DNA of 64,000 bases from Eledone cirrhosa (taxonomy: Eukaryota): NCBI GenBank assembly GCA_964016885.1, contig OZ024743.1, forward strand, positions 320,540,001 to 320,604,000, read 5' to 3'. The position numbers and the translations under genes are program-made. Shown in pieces: positions 53,620-64,000 of this stretch. How positions within the stretch are numbered: the first letter of the stretch is position 1; every line of letters begins with the position of its first letter. The notes beneath the pieces are model-generated. The model worked only from the letters and a program-made list of their open reading frames with translations, was not told where the DNA came from and did no database searches.

Positions 53620-53930
53620 TAATCCCGTCGAGGTTAACTTTGCCTTTCATCCTTACGGGGTCGATAAAATAAAGTACCAGTAATGCACTTGGTAATTGCT
53701 GGCCTTGTGCCAAAAGTAGAAACAATTATAATATATATGACGACAACTGCACCGTTTGCTGCTTGTAATATGTTGATATAGGCGGCGAATTAGCAAAAAG
53801 GTTAGAACGTCAGATAGAATGCATTTCAGTATTCATTTCGGCCCTCTGTACTCTGAGCTCAAATCCCGCCGAGGTCAAATTTGCCTTTCATTCGAGGTCT
53901 ATAAAAGAGTACCAGACAAATACTAGGATC
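53620..53930 (+). mobile_element. Two tRNA-derived SINE copies
   Basis: SINE core at 53620-53730 and 53780-53930. Confidence 0.75.
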
Positions 53931-54299
53931 AATTCTACTTCTATATCTCTTTCTTTGTTTTATTCTTTCTCTGGAAGAAATATCCTATATTCAGACATGG
54001 AGAACATTAGGCTCCGCTAGGTTTACAAATGCCCTATAAAGACCGTATGTCAATATGGCTCCCCTAGGGCTCCCTCAAGATTTATGGATCCATGCATGCA
54101 ATATATTGATGTGTTTAACCTCAATCCCATAAAACCTCTAACATATCTGTTTCTCTCATATATGACTTGGGATTAGTATTATTACAATAATTATTCTCCA
54201 TCATAGACTAGGTCCTTCAATTAGTTTCAAACGTTGAATGTTATAATTATATTATGTATAAATAAGAAACAAGAGTTAATCATAAAGAATTAAATATAC

Positions 54300-54335
54300 C
54301 TGGTTTTGTGAAATCTGGATCAACAATAGGTTTGG
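54300..54335 (-). CDS. Host gene candidate 36-nt exon (Pro-rich linker)
   Basis: tttctacttcag acceptor, ccag/gtatat donor, phase 1-1; KPIVDPDFTKP. Confidence 0.55.
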
Positions 54336-55133
54336 CTGAAGTAGAAATTAAATTAGATTAACGATATTTAAAATGACACATAACAAGTGATTAATTTCCT
54401 CTCTTTAATTGATCTTCGATGTTTTAACTTAGAATGTAATAATGTTTCACATGAGGATCATGTTGTATTATCAACTTATAACTTCGTGAAATTACTCAGC
54501 CTGGTGTACTAAATCATTTTAACGGATGCTGACTTCGCTAAAGACAATAAGAAAGTACTGGGGATGAATAACAGGAACATAGGTTGGCAGTTCAATGCCT
54601 CTAACAACGCAATCATTAGCATTTAATATGTTTACAGTGTAATCTACCCTCAATGAAAAGCCGTACTGTACCGAATATTTCAGACACGTGTAACTGAGAA
54701 ATAGGCTAAGTTAAAACTTAAAGTGGCTCTGTCTTGATGATATAATAACATAGATATGGCAATAAGTTGTGCTTAGATTGATATTTTCTGTCTAAAACGA
54801 CACCAATAGTATATTTGAATATATTGTATAACCACTTTTACTTGGCAATTTTGCATCCGTTATTAAATATAGTGGTGCCGAAACACCAAATGTTATACTG
54901 TTTGCAAGAATACATTTAGTTGTTCTCCACATGAAGTCATGAGATATAAGAAAGCCCCCGAGCATTTTAATCAATAATATTAATAACTTATTATCTGGAA
55001 CACGTAAAAGTGTTGCACACAGGTGCAGCGGTTAAGTCGAAGCTGTATACCAGGATTTGTCAGACTGATACATAATAAAAAGATTCGTTCAACCTTTAAA
55101 ATTGATAAAATAAAATAAAATGATCAGGCTTAC

Positions 55134-55151
55134 GTGGTGGGTCAATTACAT
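55134..55151 (-). CDS. Host gene candidate 18-nt microexon
   Basis: Strong polypyrimidine acceptor tcttcttttctcttttcag, gtaagc donor, phase 1-1; DVIDPP. Confidence 0.45.
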
Positions 55152-56985
55152 CTGAAAAGAGAAAAGAAGATACAGATGATACAATAAAAAAATATTTATT
55201 AAAATGTCAACATTTTTATTGTTAGAACAAAATGTATAAAGATATTCTTAATGCATCACTATGCTCACTACTCTCTTTTGTTTTAATTTCAACCCATTTG
55301 TCAGTAAATATATTCGTGTTAAGCTATTAACCAATCGTAACTCTATGACAATTCATAGAGTTGCTTTTATACAGATTTGATCTCACATTTATTTGTAATA
55401 TTTTTAGAAACTAAAAGTCAGAAAGAAAAAAGTAGAAATGATCATTGTTCCAGCCCGTTCAATGTTTTACTGTTGTTTTCGGAGGAACATGAACTTCTAT
55501 AAGGATTTAGTCAATACTGTGGCATTTCAACAGCTGAAGTATCGGCTGACGCTCTCATATTCATGGATGAAGTATTGTATCTCTCCTCGATATATAAATT
55601 TCAACACTTCTATTAATTTAACTGCTAAGAACTTACAGTTTGTAGTTAAAACTGTTTCTATGTGTACATCTTGTTGAAAGCATTTCACAAAAGATTCCTA
55701 ATTTTTAGAAAATATTTGGTTATCACACCAACATTTACTGAACATATAGCATAATGAGCCAAGTTTAAAGAATCTTTTACAAATATAATACTGATTGTTA
55801 TTTTTAAATGTGCTATTTCAACTGGAATAACCTCAAATGTTTTAATCTCTTAATCGCAATATAGTGTCACCTATCAGATATAAAAAGTTATACAAGGATT
55901 TCACAGCTTGTTTATTTTTATTTTTTTTTAATTGAATATGAATTTCACTATTTTTCTAGAAACGGTTTCCTGCATATGTAATTTTATCCTGTTTATAATT
56001 TTAAACTAAACTTATACGCTGATACAGATAAATGTTTGTTTTGGACTTAGCTATCACTTAATTTGTTTCCTGTATTATATCACCGCTAATTGCGTATAAT
56101 ACTTTCATTAATGAATCATAAACAAGTGAATTTATGAAATTTAAAGTCAGCAGTTGCGGAAGTTGGTTGCAATAATATTGTGCATAATATAATATTCTCC
56201 TACTTCTTTCATATTTTCGACGTTGAAAGGAAACAAGAAAGAACAGGGAAAGAGGATTCAAATATTTGTCTGTGTTGCAGCTAATTTCTTTTGATTGTTA
56301 ACTAGGAATTCCCTCACCTACAAGAGCTGTACATGGATAACTTTATATATTTGACTGTACAGACTTCATAATTAACACAGTGCTCTAATATGAGTAGGAA
56401 TAGTAGACAAGAATTAAAGAATTATTTTGATATTTTACAGATTAGATCTGTAGAAATAATCTCAATGTTATTGTCATGAGAAATGTACACAATGCTCCAC
56501 AAAACTCATAGCTTTGATTCTAGTTATAAACAACTAATTTATTTGAACAATATAAATTATTTCTTTTGTCTTAAGCATCAACCCTAAGATTCTTTGATGT
56601 TAATCCTTGTCAATGATGTGTTTACTCTTAGATAGCTTAAATATATATGGCTAAACAATAAAGCTTTAATTGTTTTTTTGCTGAGGCCCAGGACAATTAA
56701 ATTACATCAAATATTTTTGTTGCATATATAGAATGTAACAATTCATTTTTAGTATAGGGAATGTCCTTCTTGTTCCCAAATCAATAGAGAATGAAATGGA
56801 CGTAAAATAAGAATCGAAATGAATCATGACTACAACAAACATGTTTGTCAAAATTTAAATATCCTTGTTAATGGTAATGTATTTTTATGAGACTTGGAAC
56901 TGAGACTCCTCAATAAACTTTCACACTATATTTATCGTGTTTGGATGTTGTCAGTTACATACGCCCCCCCACACACACACGCACG

Positions 56986-57112
<127 letters not shown>

Positions 57113-57687
57113 ACACACACACACACACATACACACACACATACATATATATATCTATATATCATAGGGTTGAATGGGAAAATATATATATAGCATATGT
57201 TCATATATAATATAAAAGTATTAATACCGTCTTTCGAATGTTTTTGAATATATCGTATATGTACCACTACAATGTTAGTGCCACTTTTAAGCACTTCTAA
57301 TATATATATATATATATGTGAGCGTGTATATGTATATGTGGGAAATGGGTGGTGTGAGAATGGTAAAGTAGTAGTGACTGGTGAACAACTTTGTGTACTC
57401 ACAGGTGACACATGAATGAATACGGCCTTTTGATCAACCAATGGATAAACGAAAGTGGACAGAAAGATGGTGATGATGGGATTACTGAACCAATGAAAAG
57501 GCCATAATAACAAGATGCTCATATTTACTACAGATAAAGAACAGCTGAGATGTTTGAAGACATGAAGACCCTTCAAATGCAGAGTCAGGTTCGATCTGTA
57601 ACAGATCTTGCCTCGAGCTGATCGACAGAGAAACATATGTAATATGTTAATAAATTGTGACTTGATGCAACACTGATTCCTCGTACT

Positions 57688-57769
<82 letters not shown>

Positions 57770-58092
57770 TCTGTACGTGAGTGTGTATCCGTATGTGGTT
57801 GACGGCTGAGATAAACAGGTGTAACTCACTATTTAGCCTTAATAAAATTATATATATATACTTTATAATATATAAAATAGTGGAGTACTTCACTATTACC
57901 TTTGGTAAGGTGAGAGAAGCTCTATGCACAGTAAAATACTCGGTTCATCAGGAATTTAAAACAAGCGAAGTAGTCATCGAGGGTTAATGTTATTTTTGAA
58001 GACATTTCAGGTGACAAAAGACCAAGGTTAACAACTTAACTTCATTCCTTAATTTCTTCGTCTATTTCAATACGTCAAAAAACTCCATGTAC

Positions 58093-58125
<33 letters not shown>

Positions 58126-58285
58126 TTTATTTCACGTTGCTCTAGTTTCCCCAGCTGTAGAAATGAGTACCAGCCTGCCCGCCCAGCCAGTGGGATGGCC
58201 TTATCTTATGGCTAAAACAGCACGACGTGCTGTGACCAGCCGCGCCGATTGGCTACCGCCAGGCTGGTTGGTCAAGGTGATCAAG

Positions 58286-58319
<34 letters not shown>

Positions 58320-58324
<5 letters not shown>

Positions 58325-58604
58325 GTGAGGTTTTTTTTTTTACAGAATGAAAAATAACCGAGGTGTCCTACACGAGTGAAAGTATAAAGAAAAAAAGATG
58401 AAATCGAAAATGCAACTGGAGTCTTATTTTTAAAAAATATAGATATTTATTTAGTTCCTTCACCGGTTTCGCAGTTCTTCTGCTTTTCAAAAGTAGAGTT
58501 GAGATGGAGGGTCTGTGGTTTTTCTCACATCTGTGAGAAACCAAATAAATATCTATATTTTTTTAAATAAGACTCCAGTTGCATTTTCGATTTCATCTTT
58601 TTTT

Positions 58605-58611
<7 letters not shown>
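58320..58611. repeat. Foldback of the Neptune-like pLTR end
   Basis: Homologous to 24606-25240; 58384-58452 is inverted relative to 58543-58611; HHR triplet mutated to GTG. Confidence 0.8.
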
Positions 58612-58646
<35 letters not shown>

Positions 58647-58979
58647 CAATTGCTTGCTTTAGGCTCAGTGTTTGATATGAAGGCTAATCTTGTTACTATT
58701 TGTACTTGGCAACCTTTCTGCTTTCTCCCATTTTCCAGACGAAATGAAGTTATAGGCATTATGTATAGTGTTAACAATTAATAATTATTTCTCGTTGTTT
58801 TACTTATGCATGTAACATTGTAACCGTATTGAAACCGACGTAGAAATTAAGGAATGAATCTCACTTGTTAATCTTCATCTTCAGTCATATTGTGTGTATA
58901 CATATATACATATAACAACCTTCAAACCATTAATCAAATATGAAGTTTAGTAAAACAAAATTAATATCCCTCTACATAC

Positions 58980-59151
58980 CTTTGCATACACCTTTCAAAG
59001 GTGCAAATCCAGGTGGGCATTTACACACACGTTTACCGTATTCAACCAAACATTCAAATCCTATGGGGCATGGTGTCGTCTCCACATATTTTCCATCTTC
59101 TTTACAAGTGACGGCTTTCGAGCAGTCATTTAATAGTATAGTCTCTTTTGC
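58980..59151 (-). CDS. Host gene exon: VWC/TILa-like end + EGF-like module
   Basis: aatcag acceptor, gtatgt donor, phase 0-1; DCSKAVTC..PCPIGFECLVEYGKRVCKCPPGFAPLKGVC (absent from the ORF track). Confidence 0.82.
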
Positions 59152-59976
59152 CTGATTGAAAATAGAACATGTGAAATTTTCTGAGTGGTGTCAAGCTTTT
59201 CCTCAACATATACTAATCATAATAATATCAAAATTGTTAGAGTTCATGTTATTCATGTTAGAGTAACTTATGGTAAAAAAAATCTCGTCACATCCCGAAT
59301 TCCTTTCTTAAGCGAGTCGAGTGTTATTCGTGAGTGTCTTTTTTTGATTTATGCAGGTCAAATAAATGTTTGCCGATCAGAGACAATGATGTTTATTCAT
59401 TTAACTTTATCATAGCTATGATTATCTTTCTATTTAGGACAGACACCACGGTTTGAGCTCCACTATCGTCTTCTTTTCTTTTCTGGCGTCTTTCGTCCTA
59501 ATATCTCCAGTGTTTGTTTTATAACAAACATCATACCAGCAGAAAGATTTATTTTTCTGTGACACAATCCAATATTTTAAAATGGTGCTCTCAATTAAAT
59601 CGCGCGAAACCATGTTGCTGATTGGAGAGCTGATGAGGGTAAAGATGTGTTTGTGTGTGTGTGTGTGTGTGTGTATGTGTGTGTGTGTGTGTGTGTATGT
59701 GTGTGTGTGTGTCTGTGTGTGTGTTTATGAACTTGTCTTGTACATCGCCTTTCCTTATTTCCTTTTTCCAGTCATTTCTATACGCCAAGACACATCTCCT
59801 CGTCGTCCTCCCCTTTCAATTTTTCTATATTTCATCTACCTGTCACACCACACCTTGTGGATAGTCACCCTGTTGACGACTGGCCCCTGGTATTTATCCT
59901 CTGAAGCATTTTTGACCATCATTGTCATTGACAGCACTTGGCTGTTCTAACGGGTGTTCTAGCGATGAGTTTACTC

Positions 59977-60034
<58 letters not shown>

Positions 60035-60038
<4 letters not shown>

Positions 60039-60425
60039 GGAAAAGAATGAAACGAAATTTCATTTCTCACTCTTAGTACGGCTGTATACAGACGTACAGT
60101 AGTATGTATATATATATGTACGTATGGGTTTACCGAACATTTATTATAATGTTCGGTTTGTTTGTAAACAAACAGCCCGAATTACGCCGTACAGTGTTCG
60201 GCAACCATCGTTGCCCTTTTGTTCAACACTGACAAAGGAACGATGAACTAGTTTCAAACTTATTAGCTATCGTCAGCATCGTATACCTCCCTCTCAGATG
60301 ATTGAGAGTTTGAAAGTATATACTTTCCTTATGCATATTAACGGCTGAGCAGCCTAATTTGCATATCGAGTGAGTTAGTCGGCCGGGCGCACCGAAAACG
60401 ATAAATGGAAAAGAATGAAACGAAA
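60035..60425 (-). mobile_element. Octamer+HHR non-autonomous element, retrozyme-like
   Basis: Homologous to 12620-13260; terminal direct repeat ataaatggaaaagaatgaaacgaaat at 60033 and 60401. Confidence 0.72.
60240..60282 (-). ncRNA. Minimal type I hammerhead ribozyme
   Basis: acgatg-CTGACGA-tagct aata agttt-GAAA-ctag-TT-catcgt. Confidence 0.8.
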
Positions 60426-60429
60426 TAGA

Positions 60430-61320
60430 CTTAAGAATCGAAGGTGCCGCATGCACATGGCCTCCTCTAACACCTACTTCATGAAATTACCACATTTCAG
60501 CGAACGCCTAACCACAGATATCCTCAGAGCTCTCTGCAAAGCTATCCGCAAAAAAGGACTGGACATAGAGTTAGTACACTCCGGCCCTTCACTGCGCGGA
60601 TACATGTCTCAAAAGCAATCCAGAGACAACAACAATCAACGCTCGCTGACTAACTGCCCTATTCGCGATACAGGTATGTGCCAGTGGACACATGATATAC
60701 CGGATTAAATGCAATACATGTAAGGAGTTCTACATTGGTAGCACGATTCGAGCACTCCACACTCGCATTAAAGAACACCTCAACACACGCGCATCATCAT
60801 TCAAAAAAATACATTGACAAATGTAGAAACATCAACCAACATATTACCGTTACCATTAAAGCCAGTGATAGTGGGCAACTAAAGAATTAAGGAAGCTTTG
60901 CTCATACGTAGACTCAACCCGCAAATAAATAATAGATTAGAACTCAGCACACAGTACTTGACATAAAAAGACACACCCATAGGCACACAAACTAAACATC
61001 TCATACAAAAAGGAAAATTGATTTCGCGAAATACTATATTGGCAATTGACGTCATTCACGTGGAAAGGGAAGTAACCACCCAAAAATGCTTGAAAACGAC
61101 TTAGAAAAACATTAAATCAAAATCAATATTTATCTCAAAGAGAGGAAATTGGAACGTTATTCACTAAAGGTTCCTTAAACCCTGATGAACGGACTTTTAG
61201 GTCCCGAAATATTGGACATATAAAAGAACAACAACAATAATAACAACAACAACAACAACAACAACAACAAAAACAAAGATTACCAGATTACCAGATTACT
61301 TGCATCGTTTAGCCTTTTAT
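60430..61320 (+). mobile_element. PLE GIY-YIG endonuclease fragment with 3' degenerate HHR
   Basis: NCPIRD..C, IYRIKCNTCKEFYIGSTIRALHTRIKEHL, EALLI..LNPQIN; CTGATGA-acggac..gtccc-GAAA at 61182-61209. Confidence 0.75.
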
Positions 61321-61331
61321 CTATTTCAATG

Positions 61332-61406
<75 letters not shown>

Positions 61407-61478
61407 CATTATATAAATATCTATATCTATATATATATATTTATACATCATATAAATATATATATCCATATACATATA

Positions 61479-61538
<60 letters not shown>

Positions 61539-61715
61539 TATCTTTGAGAGGAGAAGAAAGAGAGAGAGAGAGATGAGTAGTTAGGTACATAGGTACATAC
61601 ATACATACATACATGCATGCCTGCATACTTACAAACATACATACCTACTTACATCTATGCATATACATACGTAAACATATATTCATAGATACATACATAG
61701 ATACATACATACATC

Positions 61716-62185
61716 ATGGCTGCAAACTCTGCTAACTGTACTGTAATCACTTGTCAGATTATCGTGTTTGATGCACTTTTAGACAGCGGCCAGCCACACG
61801 AACCTGTAACATATCCTGAACAAGCAATGCCTGTGCTTTGAAGGATTTTTAAGTGGGGAAAGGCCTTGCACTCGAACAATCCCACTCTCTGAGCATCGAA
61901 AACACTACCCAAAAAGGAGAACTGGTCAACATTATCGGATGCTTCCGAAGCTGCGACGTTTTTTCAGAGTTTCCCCTCTCCTAGAAAGGTGTTGTGACAG
62001 CAATTGGGGGCCTTTCACTCCCAGGTGAAAAAAAAAAGTACTATTTGGATGGCTGTTGACTCTGCTGAGTTCCTCCGCCCTTTGCCGGGTCTTGTATTTC
62101 ACCCTGCAGGGTGTCCAAATATCACCGTCCTCACCAAGCAAGCTTTGTTGGGGTTGCCGGTTTAGTCGCCGACGATCCGACCATA
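61716..62185 (-). mobile_element. RTE-derived non-autonomous repeat, family of 12246
   Basis: Direct similarity to 12246-12615. Confidence 0.6.
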
Positions 62186-62376
62186 GATACGTACATGCAT
62201 GTATACATACATACATACATACATACATACATACATACATACATACATACATACATACATACATGTATACCTACGTGCAATACATACATACAAACATACG
62301 TACAATATGCATGCGAATGAAGAATACTTACAAAGATGTTGAAACTTAACTTTTTCACAAAACATATGAGACTCAC

Positions 62377-62576
62377 CTTTATGTATGTTCCATCGTATAT
62401 ACAGCCACAGTGTGATGGATGTACACATTCTGTACCACTAAGCACATATCCCTGTATGCAGATGCACCCATCAGTAGAATAGTCAGATAATGCAGGTGTT
62501 TTGTTGGCACAAGTCGGTTGGTTGGCTTGAATTTTGAATTTGTATATCATATTTTTGCTTTTTGAGCAATCCAAAG
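62377..62576 (-). CDS. Host gene exon: TIL-like domain
   Basis: aattcag acceptor, gtgagt donor, phase 1-0; PTC..DGCICIQGYVLSGTECVHPSHCGC. Confidence 0.85.
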
Positions 62577-63000
62577 CTGAATTTAAAAAAAAACATGTTG
62601 ATAAAAGCGGATGACATGCAAGTGCAAATAAAGCGAAGGATAAGAAAGTGCAAATAAAGGAGAAGGCAGTAAAATACACTAAAGAAACACTATTGGTATC
62701 AATCATAGGGATGATCGTCTTTTCTGGAATTTAATTTGACGCCTGTAATATCAATCTTTGAAGAAGAAATCTGAAAATATTGGATTGCTTGGGGGAAAGT
62801 TGTAGATAAATCATGTTGAAATTTTAGTGTAAAGAGGAATGAGAACAATTCAAAATATTCGAATTCCCGCGGCAGGTCTAGATAAACAATGCTGACATGT
62901 CAGTTCATAAATGGATGGGAAAACAATCAGAAAGAAAGAAACAGATAGAGAAAAGATGAAACAAGGGAAAAAATAGAAACATTTCAAAATATCTACTTAC

Positions 63001-63275
63001 AACATCCTAAAACCTTTCTCCAGTTAATTATGACATCAACTTCTTCACATTTCCGAATGAAAGCTTCAAAAGATCGGCATTTAACACCTTTGAGTGTTTT
63101 AGATACATCTTTGTATGCACAAACATCAATCTTGCAAGATTCATAAAAATGTTTTGCTACTGCGACGCCTAATTTTTTCACACATTTTCCGAAAAGAGCA
63201 TTAGTGTTTATCATATAGTTACAAATCTTGGTTACACTAGCAGAACATGTAGGATAAGTATCATTGACCATGCAT
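63001..63275 (-). CDS. Host gene exon: C8 domain (follows VWD in FCGBP/zonadhesin/tectorin-like proteins)
   Basis: tctag acceptor, gtaagt donor; FGKC..FYESCKIDVC..CRSFEAFIRKC..NWR..C. Confidence 0.87.
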
Positions 63276-63574
63276 CTAGAGTCAAAATAAAAGAAAACAT
63301 TTATTAACGTACAATGATGTTTCAAAGAGGTAATTCATGACAACCAATCCTAACATTATAATGATTACATTCATAACAAATATATTATAAACTTAAAAGA
63401 TATCCGAATGTCGTTAATGTTGTCTTGTCTATATTCTTTCCATTAAAGACAGAACTAAATCTAAATAGAGTAACACGATATTAAAATTGACTTTAATGAT
63501 TTGGTACAAAAGAAGCTTTCTTTATATGAAATGAGAAAACGTTAAGATGCAAAGAAACAAGGTCTTGAATATAA

Positions 63575-64000
63575 ATCTGTATATATATAAAATTAAGTAT
63601 GTGTGTGTGTGTGTCTGTGTGTCTGTGTATTACCTATAGGGGCCTACATCTTACGACCGATTTTCATGAAACTATACAGGCTCATAGATTAGTCATCGGG
63701 GAAATGTTTTCCATATATCAGCGTATCGTTTTTTTTTTATTCCCGGATCATTCTGCATATAAAAATCGATAGGGGGGGGGGGTCACCTATTTTTAGGTAT
63801 CGAAAAATAAGATTTTTGGCTCTAGCTTCCACATTTTGCCACTGATTTCGCTCAAATTTTAAAGAAAAACAGAATTTATCATTGCACATCCTGTAATGGC
63901 TTTATACTTTGCATTTGTTTTTCAGTGACGGCGTGGCGGCCGCTTAAATATTTAAAAATACCACTTTTAGACTCAAATTTCCACTATTTTGGCTCTAGCT
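63575..64000 (+). mobile_element. Probable non-autonomous Helitron-like element, 5' part
   Basis: Starts tctgtatatatataaaa, then (tg)n/tgtc, then ccgattttcatgaaa; layout recalled from Helitron/DINE-like ends. Confidence 0.45.

Overview
AT-rich, microsatellite-dense animal DNA; the repeat repertoire suggests a cephalopod such as octopus (inference). The right ~14 kb holds seven phase-compatible minus-strand exons of a Cys-rich extracellular protein (C8-TIL-VWC/EGF-like-Pro linker-PAN-PAN). The rest is almost all transposon-derived: five Penelope-like element (PLE) copies (three Naiad-like), two RTE LINEs, Tx1/L1-, HERO- and R4/Dong-like fragments, a Buster-type hAT with TSD, a foldback MITE with telomeric repeats, Helitron remnants and tRNA-derived SINEs. 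The main signal the ORF track misses is about 25-30 hand-folded type I hammerhead ribozyme (HHR) motifs from more than a dozen sequence families. They include a 465-bp tandem retrozyme-like array, a conserved octamer-TATA-HHR module shared by diverged families, a U3-A8 covariant core and foldback HHR pairs. All folds and clade calls were made by eye and need computational and biochemical confirmation.
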